Of a stretch of 64,000 bases of DNA, positions 45,443-54,401 are shown one piece after another (the first letter of the stretch is position 1; each line of letters opens with the position of its first letter). A program made the position numbers and the translations under genes. Location of the stretch: the NCBI GenBank assembly GCA_001003475.1, contig LCPF01000001.1, positions 101,910 to 165,909 on the forward strand. Reading direction: 5' to 3'. This stretch comes from Candidatus Jorgensenbacteria bacterium GW2011_GWA1_48_11 (GTDB lineage Bacteria > Patescibacteriota > Minisyncoccia > UBA6257 > GWB1-50-10). The notes under the pieces were generated by a model. The model saw only the letters and a list, made by a program, of their open reading frames with translations. It was not told the origin of the DNA and made no database searches.

Positions 45443-46693
45443 TTAAAATAAGCTTTTTTGGCTGGCTAAAGATTCTCTTTCGGCGTCGTCAAAAATTTTG
45501 ATTTTTCCATATTCGCCGTCATAACCCGGCTCAATACGAACCTTGCCTTGCCGCATCCGCAAAACGCCTTCGGCCACGGCCGGCGGCAAATTGCTTTTCA
45601 AATCCGATTCGGAAACATTGATCATTAAGTTCAATTCCGACCCGAGGTTCTTAACGGCTGCCTCGTATTCTTTCCAAACCGCCCTGGACTGAACGCCGAC
45701 GCCCAGAGCTTCGGCGATAATCTCGTCAAAGGGCACAAAACTATGATACGTTTTGGCCCAGCCCGGCCTAAAGCCGGCCGGCCGGTCCAGGGCCGCCAAT
45801 TCGTCAATCCGCGCCGCGACGCCGACCGTAACCGGCCGGCCGCAGGAAGGACAAAGACCTTTGTTTTTTTTGGTTTCCTCCGGCGTTAGCCGCACGCCGC
45901 AGGCCAAGTGACCGTCATAATGGTATTTCCCTTCTTCTGGAAAAAATTCGATGGTGCCCTCGAATTCCGGCCCGCGGGTTTTCAAAGCGTCCATTATCCC
46001 CCGATAAGACATTTCTGTATTGAAAATTGACGCTTCCCGGCCCAAGCGGTGCAAAGAGTGAGAATCGGAGCTCGACATGATCGCTTTTTTGTCCAAAAAA
46101 GGAATGCGCCAGTTCATCGGCGGATCAGAAGACAAACCGGTCTCGATGGCAAAGATTTGCGGCTCCAGCTCGTCAAAACACTCGCCGAGAGAATTAAAGC
46201 CTGACTTCGAGCCAAAAACGCCGAACCACGGCGTCCAGACGTGAGCCGGGATCAAGACGCTCTCGGGTGAAGCGTTCAGTAATATCTTCAAAAGTTCCTT
46301 CGAATCCAGACCGATAATCGGCCGCCCGTCGGATTTTAAATTGCCCAACCAGCCCAACTGGGTATTGATTTTTTCCGCCACTTCAATCGAAGGCGCGTAA
46401 ACCAGGTGGTGGACGCGCCGGCCGCGGCCATTTTTGGTGTAAACGCAGCTGATCTCGCCGGAGAGCACGAACCGCATTTTATAATCGGAGTTTTTCAAAC
46501 GGTAAAGACCTGGCTCGGCCGGCTCCAATTTTTCCTTGATGTCCTTAAACCACAAAGGGTGGGTAAAGTCGCCGGTGCCCAGAACCTGAATGCCTTTCTT
46601 GTCGGCCCAAGACGCCAAATTTTCTAGGACCATCTGCGGACTTACGGCCCTCGCGTATTTGGAATGAATCTCAATATCGGCAATGAACCTCAT
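45443..46693 (-). CDS. Endonuclease Q (EndoQ)-like PHP-fold nuclease with a C-terminal zinc ribbon.
   Basis: Motif pattern DIEIHSKYARAVSP, VLGTGDFTHPLW, RRVHHLV, PAHVWTPW, SDSHSLHRLGREASIF, GKYHYDGHLAC and CPSCGRP follows the EndoQ family blocks as recalled (not searched). Confidence 0.6.
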   Translation of the reverse strand: MRFIADIEIHSKYARAVSPQMVLENLASWADKKGIQVLGTGDFTHPLWFKDIKEKLEPAEPGLYRLKNSDYKMRFVLSGEISCVYTKNGRGRRVHHLVYAPSIEVAEKINTQLGWLGNLKSDGRPIIGLDSKELLKILLNASPESVLIPAHVWTPWFGVFGSKSGFNSLGECFDELEPQIFAIETGLSSDPPMNWRIPFLDKKAIMSSSDSHSLHRLGREASIFNTEMSYRGIMDALKTRGPEFEGTIEFFPEEGKYHYDGHLACGVRLTPEETKKNKGLCPSCGRPVTVGVAARIDELAALDRPAGFRPGWAKTYHSFVPFDEIIAEALGVGVQSRAVWKEYEAAVKNLGSELNLMINVSESDLKSNLPPAVAEGVLRMRQGKVRIEPGYDGEYGKIKIFDDAERESLASQKSLF

Positions 46694-46697
46694 TAGA

Positions 46698-47414
46698 TTA
46701 TTTTACTCTAACGATGCAGAAAGGCGTCATCTCGTCGCTTTGGCCAAGCGGATTGTCGCGAAACAAAACTCGGATGAATTTTTCCGTTATTTTTGCGCTG
46801 GTTTTCGCCAGGGAAAAAGCGCCCTGATAATTGGCGTCCAGAATAACCACTTCATGGCGAAGTTTTTCTTTGGCTTTTTCCGCAAAACCCTTAGGGTCCA
46901 ACGGCGCGAGCTTCGCGTAATGGGCGTATTCGAGAATAGTGAACGACATCGGGCAATCAATAGACTTGGCCTGCTTGCCGCAGATCAAGTAAAAAAGGCC
47001 CTTGATGCCCAAAGGCCTTGTCAGGGCCGAAGCCGCCGCCGCAAAAAGCACCCGCCATAAACCGGCCTCTTCGATAAAAAGCTGCATCGCCATGGGCGTG
47101 CCGTGGCCGAACCCCTTGAATTTTTTTGTGCCGTAATTGGTCCGGATTTTTCTCGCCAAAAATCTGGCCAATCCCGACGGCTTGATATCGTTCATGTTTA
47201 TGACCCGGCCTTGGGTCACGGCCAGAACTTTCTCGCTTACGAAAACAAGATCGTCGGCCAAAAGATGGGGACTTACGTATTTTTGAAGCAAAACCAAAAG
47301 GTCTTCGTTTTGCTTGATAATGTGGGTTTTGACCGGCAGCCTTAAATAAATCTTGCCGTTCACGTCAACCTCCAAACTCTTGCCGGGATTGGGCTTAAAA
47401 ATCTGATCGGTCAT
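46698..47414 (-). CDS. CofE-like protein (F420-0:gamma-glutamyl ligase family, PF01996-like), function unassigned.
   Basis: DLVFVSEKVLAVTQGRV and LAPLDPKGFAEKAKEKLRHEVVILDANYQG parallel the CofE motifs DVLVVCSTVISKAEGR / LPPLDPDGSAEKLR...VIITDTNGR. Confidence 0.5.
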   Translation of the reverse strand: MTDQIFKPNPGKSLEVDVNGKIYLRLPVKTHIIKQNEDLLVLLQKYVSPHLLADDLVFVSEKVLAVTQGRVINMNDIKPSGLARFLARKIRTNYGTKKFKGFGHGTPMAMQLFIEEAGLWRVLFAAAASALTRPLGIKGLFYLICGKQAKSIDCPMSFTILEYAHYAKLAPLDPKGFAEKAKEKLRHEVVILDANYQGAFSLAKTSAKITEKFIRVLFRDNPLGQSDEMTPFCIVRVK

Positions 47415-48790
47415 CTTGTGCCCTCGAGAGGAATCGAACCTCTGTTGCCTCCTTCGGAGGGAGACGTCTTATCCATTAGACCACGAGGGCTACGTCCTAT
47501 ACCCAATAAGATACCAATCACAAGCCATAACATCAACCGGCCGCTCTGGAGGTCCCACAAAAAATGATCGGAAAACCCTCCAATGAGCAAGGCTAGAAGC
47601 AGCGTCCCCGCCGTTATTATTCTCGGATTGTTTCGCGAATTCCCGAGGCAGCGGACGAAAATCCGCACCAGAAAGAAAATAAAAATCAGGCTCGCCAAAA
47701 CGCCGATTTCGGCAGCCATCAGGAGGTATAAATTGTGGATCGGCTGCCAGCGATTCACGGTGTCCAAACCGTAGTTTTGAAACAGCTTTGTTTCAATGCC
47801 GAAAAGCATCTCGTTGCCGATGCCCACGCCCAAAGGGTGCTGGCCCACGATTTGAACCGCCATCCTGTTATAAATCAGCCGGTCGTTAATCGAGGAGTCT
47901 ATCGCGAGCCTGGCTCGCGGAAAAATCGCCCAGCCCATGGTGATTAAAAACAATAAAAAACAGGCCCCCAGGATTACAGCCAATCCCGATATCCGGCGCC
48001 GATAATCTCTATTGAGGGCGGCCCAAACAAGGAAGATCAAACTGGCCAAAATCGCCGTAATCCAACCGGAACGGGAAAAAGTGAAGATGAGCGCAAGACC
48101 GATAAAAAAGATGCCGACAGCCGAAAGAATCCTCGCCCCAAAGTTTTTCGCTTCAAGATAGAAATAATAAAAGCTGATGAGCCCCAGGACCAAAAAGGCC
48201 GCCAGAATATTGGCGTGGGACATGGTGCCATAAGCCCGCATCAGCCGCCCGCCGGCCACGGAAATCTCGGAAACGCCTTTGACGAAAGGACTGGCCAGAG
48301 ATTCGCCCAAAAAATAAAGACCCAGACTGTGCTGGAACTTGAACTGCCAAAAAGCGACGAAGGATTGAAAAAGAGCGCCTAAGCCGAGAGCGCTAAAAAT
48401 TTCGTGATTCTTTAAAACGCCGGTCTTAAGCAGGTAGCCGAGAACGAGAGCCAAGCCCATTCCCAAGATAAGATGGACCAATTGGTACAAGGCCAATGAT
48501 TTGTTAAATGCAAAAAAAACAGAAACGAGCGCTGCCGCCAAGAATAAAGAGAGTAGAATAAAATTCGGTTTGTCGTCCAGCCTTGTTCTCGTCCGCCGCC
48601 ACTCCAAGAAAGTCAAAAACAAGAAATACGCCAAAAATAATTCGCTTGCGTAAAGAAAAGCGGAATTTAGCTCGCTGACACTACCGGCAATGAAGGGATA
48701 AATGAATTTTTTAGTGCCGAAAGGCAGCCAAATCAAAAACAAGAAAAAGAAAAATCGGATTTGTTTATTTCCTTTGAAAATTTGTTTCAT
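47411..48790 (-). CDS. O-antigen ligase/polymerase-like (Wzy_C family) polytopic membrane protein.
   Basis: 459 aa with about 10 TM helices and Wzy_C-type motif PIHNLYLLMAAEIGVLAS. The last roughly 26 codons of the ORF run through tRNA-Arg(CCG) on the same strand, so the real stop is uncertain. Confidence 0.6.
   Translation of the reverse strand: MKQIFKGNKQIRFFFFLFLIWLPFGTKKFIYPFIAGSVSELNSAFLYASELFLAYFLFLTFLEWRRTRTRLDDKPNFILLSLFLAAALVSVFFAFNKSLALYQLVHLILGMGLALVLGYLLKTGVLKNHEIFSALGLGALFQSFVAFWQFKFQHSLGLYFLGESLASPFVKGVSEISVAGGRLMRAYGTMSHANILAAFLVLGLISFYYFYLEAKNFGARILSAVGIFFIGLALIFTFSRSGWITAILASLIFLVWAALNRDYRRRISGLAVILGACFLLFLITMGWAIFPRARLAIDSSINDRLIYNRMAVQIVGQHPLGVGIGNEMLFGIETKLFQNYGLDTVNRWQPIHNLYLLMAAEIGVLASLIFIFFLVRIFVRCLGNSRNNPRIITAGTLLLALLIGGFSDHFLWDLQSGRLMLWLVIGILLGIGRSPRGLMDKTSPSEGGNRGSIPLEGTR
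47419..47490 (-). tRNA. tRNA-Arg (anticodon CCG).
   Basis: Reverse complement GCCCTCGTGGTCTAATGGATAAGACGTCTCCCTCCGAAGGAGGCAACAGAGGTTCGATTCCTCTCGAGGGCA. Confidence 0.85.
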
Positions 48791-49896
48791 AGAAAGGTGT
48801 TAAAAACGGTATAGCCGAGCGCCACGCCAAATACCAAATAGAGCGGCCAACCGAACCAACGCCAAGGATTTTTTGGGAAAGCCCGGCGCCACATCTTCAC
48901 CACAAAGATTCCCTCGAGGGCCAGGAAAATGCCGCCGGTAAAAACCAAAGCCGAAAGAAAATCCTTGAAACCGGCAAAGTACAAAAAAAGCGGTCCCAGC
49001 GAAGCCACGAGAACGCTCGCCGTCTTCCCCAAGCCCAGATCAAGCTGCATGATTTCCTTCACGTTGACCGCGATCACAAAATAAGAAGTTAAAATGGCCA
49101 AAAGGCCGGCCAGGCCGAGACCGGCTAAAAGCGCCGGACTCAAAAAACCGAGGCTGTTCACGGCTTCGGGCGAAACGCCCGGATTCAGCTTTAAAACGCC
49201 GATTATGAAAAGGGTGTAGATAAAAGCCGGAATAAAAGTGCCGAAAAATACGGCTTTCCCCAGAGAAAAACTTTGGTTTGCGGCCCGGCTCCGCCGCCAT
49301 TCCTCGACAACCTTGGAAATGGCCGGCCGGCCTGCCAGAGCAAACAAAATCGGGCCGAAGGGTAAAAAAAACAAAGACCAGTCCAGAGATTGACCAAAAG
49401 GCGTGAGCAACGGTTTGGGAAAAGAGACAAAGAAAACGATGAAAATAATTATCAAAATCCCCAAAGCGCCGATGAATTCGGAAAGACCCAGCCACCTCAA
49501 ATCCAGCAAAACGAAAGCGGAACCAACGAACCAAAAAATAAAAAGCACGCCCAAACCGGCGTCGGGCCAAACCAAACGCAGGAAAACCGGCGCCAAAATC
49601 AGGTAAATGGTGAGGACAAATAAAAGCTCCAGGAGAATCGACCAGGAAGCGAAAATGGCCAGCGGTTTTTTCAAATAGATCCTGGCGAAATAGAAAAACT
49701 GGTGCTTGCCCGGCTCGACCGCGACCACCCGCGCGTACATCAGGTGGATTGCGAAATAAACGGCCGCGAAAAAAAATAAATAAAAAAAGCCGAGGACCAG
49801 GCCCAAACGGCTTACGAGATAGGGCAAGGCGAACATGCCGGCGCCCACAATCGTCCCGGCAAGCACCGTGATTGCCAATAAAAAACCCCTGTTCAC
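48787..49896 (-). CDS. Amino-acid permease, aromatic amino acid (Trp/Tyr) permease-like HAAAP family.
   Basis: 369 aa with about 11 TM helices and N-terminal motif VLAGTIVGAGMFALPY. Confidence 0.6.
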   Translation of the reverse strand: MNRGFLLAITVLAGTIVGAGMFALPYLVSRLGLVLGFFYLFFFAAVYFAIHLMYARVVAVEPGKHQFFYFARIYLKKPLAIFASWSILLELLFVLTIYLILAPVFLRLVWPDAGLGVLFIFWFVGSAFVLLDLRWLGLSEFIGALGILIIIFIVFFVSFPKPLLTPFGQSLDWSLFFLPFGPILFALAGRPAISKVVEEWRRSRAANQSFSLGKAVFFGTFIPAFIYTLFIIGVLKLNPGVSPEAVNSLGFLSPALLAGLGLAGLLAILTSYFVIAVNVKEIMQLDLGLGKTASVLVASLGPLFLYFAGFKDFLSALVFTGGIFLALEGIFVVKMWRRAFPKNPWRWFGWPLYLVFGVALGYTVFNTFL

Positions 49897-49899
49897 TTT

Positions 49900-50184
49900 T
49901 TATTCCTCGGCAAAAACCTCGTCGCCTTCCCGCACTTTGTCGCCGACCTTAATGCCCACCTCCTGATTCTTTTTCGCTTCGGCGATCGCTTGATGGTCAT
50001 ACTGCATCGATTTGATCGGTTCGCTGAAATCGGTGGTCGCGCCTTTGAAATGAACCTGTTCGCCGACCTTAACCGTCTTATTGAACTTCACGATCGCCAC
50101 TTCGATGCCGCCGTAATAGTGGGTCACGACGCCGATCGGTTTCCCGACGACGGGCTTTGGCTTTGATTTTGAAAACCAACCCAT
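49900..50184 (-). CDS. Small soluble protein, hypothetical (possible EF-Tu domain-2-like beta-barrel).
   Basis: 94-aa ORF in an operon with 4-12-nt spacings. Fold guess only. Confidence 0.35.
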   Translation of the reverse strand: MGWFSKSKPKPVVGKPIGVVTHYYGGIEVAIVKFNKTVKVGEQVHFKGATTDFSEPIKSMQYDHQAIAEAKKNQEVGIKVGDKVREGDEVFAEE

Positions 50185-50196
50185 GATAAATTCCGT

Positions 50197-50814
50197 TTAA
50201 ATAATCCGACCTTTGATGCCGTTTTTATTCTCTTCGGATTCGATGAGATCAACAAGCTTATCGATCAGATCCGCCGGCTCCTTGCTGAAAATGACCCGGC
50301 CCGGTCCGCGATGAGCCTCTTCGATGATCTGAGGCAGCATGTCGGTCGTGCCGCCGGTGCCCAAAAGCACGCCTTGGGGCTTTTGGTCTTCAAAAGCGTC
50401 GGTGAACTCGTTCAGGGTGCCGATACGGCCGCAGAGGAAAACTGCGGCATCGGCCGAGCGGGTCAAAAGCAGGTTCCGGCCCGAGTACTCGAAACCGGTG
50501 TAAATGATCAAATCGTGGTAATCGACCGGCAAATGATAGGTCTTGATGTGTTGAAGTTTCGAAACGGCCGGCGAAATGCCGATCACGATGCCGCCTTCGG
50601 CTTTGGCGCCCTTGGCCGCCCAATAGGGAATGCCGGTCGTGGCGCCGGTCACGAGGACCAGGCCGCGCTTCGCGATTTCCCGACCCACGATTTCGGCTTT
50701 CTCGAGGGCATCGGGCGCGCAATGACCGGTTTCGGCGGCGCCAGAAACGCAAATTTTGTATTTCAAATGATGACTGTGGTTATGATTTTTAACAGCCTCT
50801 TCTTTTTTGGGCAT
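50197..50814 (-). CDS. LOG-family (Rossmann, lysine-decarboxylase-like / TIGR00730-type) protein.
   Basis: Contains CVSGAAETG...GLVLVTGATTGIPYWAAKGA and a PGGxGTxxE-like GRIGTLNEF. The track start 50880 overlaps the upstream gene end, so the start is trimmed to Met at 50814. Confidence 0.55.
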   Translation of the reverse strand: MPKKEEAVKNHNHSHHLKYKICVSGAAETGHCAPDALEKAEIVGREIAKRGLVLVTGATTGIPYWAAKGAKAEGGIVIGISPAVSKLQHIKTYHLPVDYHDLIIYTGFEYSGRNLLLTRSADAAVFLCGRIGTLNEFTDAFEDQKPQGVLLGTGGTTDMLPQIIEEAHRGPGRVIFSKEPADLIDKLVDLIESEENKNGIKGRII

Positions 50815-50824
50815 AGCCTTTTTA

Positions 50825-52180
50825 TTATAGCACCACTGATTCGCCGACTTTTGGTATTTCAGCTTCGACTGCCAAATCATCCCTGATCCTCTGAGCGAGA
50901 GACAGGGATTCGGTGGGTTCGCCTTGAACCACGAAAATCTTTCTCAGGCTACCGCGCATCATCTCAACCCATTTTAAAAGCTGGGGCTGGTCGGCGTGAG
51001 CGGAATAACCGCCAAAAGATCTAATCTTGCAGCGGACCGGCACGGTCTGACCCAAAATCTTCACCGTCTTCGCGCCGTCCAAAATCTGGCGGCCCAAAGA
51101 ACCTTGCCCCTGGAAACCAACAATAAGCAGGGCGCTTTTGGGATCGGGGATATAACGCACTTCGTGGTGCAAAATCCGGCCGGCATTGGACATGCCCGAT
51201 CCGGCAATGATGATTTTGGGCGGCGGCACGTTGTTTATCTCCTTGGACTGTTCTGTAGTTAAAGTCATGTGCAGCCCGGGAAAATTGAAAAAGCCGTCGC
51301 CTTGCCTCATTTGCTCGATGGCCTCCGGGCGGAAATACAAGGGGTTGTCGGAATATTTTTGGTAAACCGCTGTTAACTTGATGGCGAGAGGGCTATCGAT
51401 ATAGACCGGCGCCCGGGGAATGCGTTTGTTTTCGACAAGTTCGTTTAATTCGAAAATTAGGCTTTGGGTTCGTTCCAAGGCAAAGGCCGGAATCATCAAG
51501 ACGCCGCCGGACCCGACGATCTCTTCGACGAAATCTTCGAGTAAATCTTTCCGGTTGGGCGATTTTTCGTGAACCCGGCTGCCGTAAGCTGATTCGATAA
51601 GCGCGTAGTCGGCCCGCGGAATATACTCGGTTGGCCGGATGAAAGGCGTCGGCATGTTGCCTAGGTCGCCGGAAAAAGCAATGGTCTTACCCTCGGCTTT
51701 AACGAGAATGCTTGCCGCGCCCAGGACGTGTCCGGAATTGTAAAGCTCGACTTCGAAATCCCCGACTTTCACTTTTTCATGGTAGGAGATTTTCTGCCAA
51801 AAACCCATGAGCCGGGTCACGTCACCGACCTCGTAAGGCGGTTTGTGGCCGCGGTCAATGGCCTCTTCGCGCAAAATATGCTCGGCGTCCAAAAGCAAAA
51901 GTTCGGCCGCGTCCTTGGCCGGCGGCGTTGAAAAAACCCGACCTTGAAAACCGGCTTTTTGGAGCTGCGGCAATCGGCCGATATGATCGACGTGAGGATG
52001 GGTAACGAAAACCGCCGAGATCTCCTCCGGCTTATAGGGAAATTTCTCGAAGTTCTGCTTTTCGAAATAATGCGACCCTTGGAACATGCCGCAATCGATC
52101 ATTATTTTCCCGTTGCTGGTTTCTAAAAGATAGTTGGCTCCGGTCACTGCTTGGGCGCCGCCGCAAAAAGTTAAACGCAT
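50825..52180 (-). CDS. MBL-fold beta-CASP ribonuclease (CPSF73/RNase J-like RNA-metabolising metallo-hydrolase).
   Basis: Contains HPHVDHIGRLPQL (HxHxDH) and FSGDLGN, with the beta-CASP architecture at 451 aa. Confidence 0.7.
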   Translation of the reverse strand: MRLTFCGGAQAVTGANYLLETSNGKIMIDCGMFQGSHYFEKQNFEKFPYKPEEISAVFVTHPHVDHIGRLPQLQKAGFQGRVFSTPPAKDAAELLLLDAEHILREEAIDRGHKPPYEVGDVTRLMGFWQKISYHEKVKVGDFEVELYNSGHVLGAASILVKAEGKTIAFSGDLGNMPTPFIRPTEYIPRADYALIESAYGSRVHEKSPNRKDLLEDFVEEIVGSGGVLMIPAFALERTQSLIFELNELVENKRIPRAPVYIDSPLAIKLTAVYQKYSDNPLYFRPEAIEQMRQGDGFFNFPGLHMTLTTEQSKEINNVPPPKIIIAGSGMSNAGRILHHEVRYIPDPKSALLIVGFQGQGSLGRQILDGAKTVKILGQTVPVRCKIRSFGGYSAHADQPQLLKWVEMMRGSLRKIFVVQGEPTESLSLAQRIRDDLAVEAEIPKVGESVVL

Positions 52181-52188
52181 ATCGTGAA

Positions 52189-53478
52189 TTATATCATTGG
52201 CTGGGAAGCGTTCCTTAAAATCTCTTCGGCCATCTTCCGTTCATTCCAGGGAATTTTCTCGCCCCGGGCCAGATGAAGCCAGGCCTCGCTTCCCTTGCCG
52301 GTGATGACGACGACATCGCCTTTTTTCGCCAAAGAAACGGCGTGTTTCAGGGCCGCCCGCCGGTCCAAAACACGGAAATGGTCTTCGGGCCCGCATTTCG
52401 GAACCGTTGCTTCGAGAAAACCGTTTTCGATCTGCCGGATGATCTCGTTGGGATTTTCATCGTAGGGATCTTCGTTCGTCAAAACGATCTTATCGCAGTA
52501 AGTGGCCGCGATTTTGCCGATTTCCGGCCGCTTCCATTTGTCCCGGCCGCCGCCGGCCGAACCCAAAACGCAGATCATTTTTCCCCGCGACCGCGGTTTG
52601 AAAGACTTTGGTTCCAGGGTTTCGTAAACCTGTTTCAACGAATCGGGCGTGTGGGCATAGTCAACCACGACCGCAAAAGGCTCTTTCTGGACGAACTCGA
52701 GGCGGCCGGGGGCGCCCCGAAAATTAGTCAGGGCTTTCTCGATGATCGGCCAATCGATGTTTTGAGTTCGCGCGAAAGCCACGGCGGCCGCCGCGTTTTC
52801 CAGGTTAAAATCCGCGAGAAGCCAATCCCCCAAAAGCCTCCGCCCGGCTTTGGAATTCAGTTTGTACCGGCGGCCAACCTCGTGATTGACCAAATCGTGC
52901 CGGCTGTAAAGAATTATCTCCCGATTCGGCGTCCGGCGGGCCGCTTCTTCAAAATAATGGTGACTGCCGTCCTCTTCGTTTATGAAAAAATATTTTTTGG
53001 TTTTTTTGGAAAAAGCCAGATATTGAAAGAATTTGAGTTTGGCCGCGCGGTAATTCTCGAAAGAACCGTGATGCTCGATATGCTCCGGCGCCAGATTCGT
53101 CATGATCGCCGCGTCCCAATCCGTGAATTCGTGGCGATGTTGGAGCACGCCCTCCGAAGTCACCTCGATCAGCGCGAATTCGGCGCCGGCCCGAACCGCC
53201 TCGTCGAGGAAGCGCTGAATTTGGAACCGGCCCGGCATGGTGTTGCCCGTCAAGTTTTCTTCGGTTTTACGGCCGACTTTTCGCCGAATCGAGGACAAAA
53301 GGGCGGTTTTTTTGCCGCCTGCCTCGAGAATGGCATTAGTAAGCTCCAAAACCGTCGATTTGCCTTTGGTGCCGGTAACCCCCAAAACGAATATTTTGCG
53401 GCTCGGCCGGCCATACCAACAACTGCCCAGCAAGGCCAAGAACCAATGGTAAAAATTACGGATTTTCCTCATTGTCAT
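52189..53478 (-). CDS. Mur ligase family protein (MurE/MurF-like ATP-dependent amide ligase).
   Basis: P-loop VLGVTGTKGKSTV, ALIEVTSEGV and DYAHTPDSL (Mur ligase central domain). At 429 aa it lacks a long N-terminal domain. Confidence 0.6.
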   Translation of the reverse strand: MTMRKIRNFYHWFLALLGSCWYGRPSRKIFVLGVTGTKGKSTVLELTNAILEAGGKKTALLSSIRRKVGRKTEENLTGNTMPGRFQIQRFLDEAVRAGAEFALIEVTSEGVLQHRHEFTDWDAAIMTNLAPEHIEHHGSFENYRAAKLKFFQYLAFSKKTKKYFFINEEDGSHHYFEEAARRTPNREIILYSRHDLVNHEVGRRYKLNSKAGRRLLGDWLLADFNLENAAAAVAFARTQNIDWPIIEKALTNFRGAPGRLEFVQKEPFAVVVDYAHTPDSLKQVYETLEPKSFKPRSRGKMICVLGSAGGGRDKWKRPEIGKIAATYCDKIVLTNEDPYDENPNEIIRQIENGFLEATVPKCGPEDHFRVLDRRAALKHAVSLAKKGDVVVITGKGSEAWLHLARGEKIPWNERKMAEEILRNASQPMI

Positions 53479-54077
53479 TTCCTGTAACTCAGGTTTTTGA
53501 GGGCGGCCCGCAATCTCTCCTCTATGGTTTTTAAATTGGGGTTTAACTCGCTCAAAACCCGCCTCACTTCCTGGCGGGAATACCCCAGGCTGATCAAGGC
53601 TTCTTCCACCTCCATGTCTAATCCCATCCTTTCGGTCAGGGTTTTCGAGCCCGGTATTTTAATCTTGGTTTGCAGTTCCAGGATTATCCGTTCGGCCGTT
53701 TTCTTGCCGATGCCCGATGTCCGCGTGAGAAGTTCCGTCTTTTTTTCCAAGATCGCCGCCATCACGTTCGCCACCGAATCGATGTCAATAATGCCCAGAG
53801 CGGTTTTGGGCCCCACCCCGGAAACGGTGTTCAGCATTTCGAAAAGCCGCAGCGCGTCTTCCTCGAGAAAGCCGTAGAGCTCCAACTGATCTTCACGCAC
53901 GTAAAGAAAGCAAAAAACCTTGACCGCGGCTTCTTTTTTATTCAATTTCAGAAGGGTTTGTTTGGTCGTCGCAACCTTGAAGCCGACGCCGCCCACCTGG
54001 ATCACGAAAAAATTATCGCCTTTCTCCGCAATTCTGCCCTCCAAAGAATAAATCATTTCTTTATTATTATAACCCAT
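53475..54077 (-). CDS. ruvA: Holliday junction DNA helicase RuvA.
   Basis: MIYSLEGRI...FFVIQVGGVGFKV (OB domain) and HhH motifs VSGVGPKTALGII / SGIGKKTAERI. Confidence 0.85.
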   Translation of the reverse strand: MGYNNKEMIYSLEGRIAEKGDNFFVIQVGGVGFKVATTKQTLLKLNKKEAAVKVFCFLYVREDQLELYGFLEEDALRLFEMLNTVSGVGPKTALGIIDIDSVANVMAAILEKKTELLTRTSGIGKKTAERIILELQTKIKIPGSKTLTERMGLDMEVEEALISLGYSRQEVRRVLSELNPNLKTIEERLRAALKNLSYRK

Positions 54078-54107
54078 TGATTTCGGGATAAATATTCGGG
54101 ATTGCGA

Positions 54108-54136
54108 TTGACAGTTCGAGCCTCATCGGCTTTAAT
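54108..54136 (+). promoter_or_regulatory. Sigma-70 promoter TTGACA-17nt-TTTAAT, 9 nt before the rpsT ATG (near-leaderless).
   Basis: gaTTGACAgttcgagcctcatcggcTTTAATggaaaccatATG. Confidence 0.6.
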
Positions 54137-54145
54137 GGAAACCAT

Positions 54146-54400
54146 ATGCCCAGAACCAAATCGGCCAAAAAAGCGCTTCGCCAGAACGCGCGGCGGCGCG
54201 AATCGAACCTGAAGAGAAAAATTGCTCTCCGGGAAACGTTGAAAGAATTCCAAAAATTGGTCAGGACCGGCAAGTTAAACGATGCCAAAAAATACCTGCC
54301 TCAGGTTTATAAAAAACTCGATAAGCTCGCCAAAATCGACTTCATTAAGTTCGGCCGGGCCGATCGCCTGAAATCCCGCCTCGCCAAGAAAGTAAAATAA
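54146..54400 (+). CDS. rpsT: 30S ribosomal protein S20.
   Basis: MPRTKSAKKALRQNARRRESNLKRK... Confidence 0.9.
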   Translation: MPRTKSAKKALRQNARRRESNLKRKIALRETLKEFQKLVRTGKLNDAKKYLPQVYKKLDKLAKIDFIKFGRADRLKSRLAKKVK

Positions 54401-54401
54401 T

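Noticed and set aside
52273-53487. 404-aa plus-strand ORF.
   Set aside because: It is antisense to the Mur-ligase-family gene (P-loop GTKGKST on minus) and its product is low-complexity Arg/Gly/Pro-rich.
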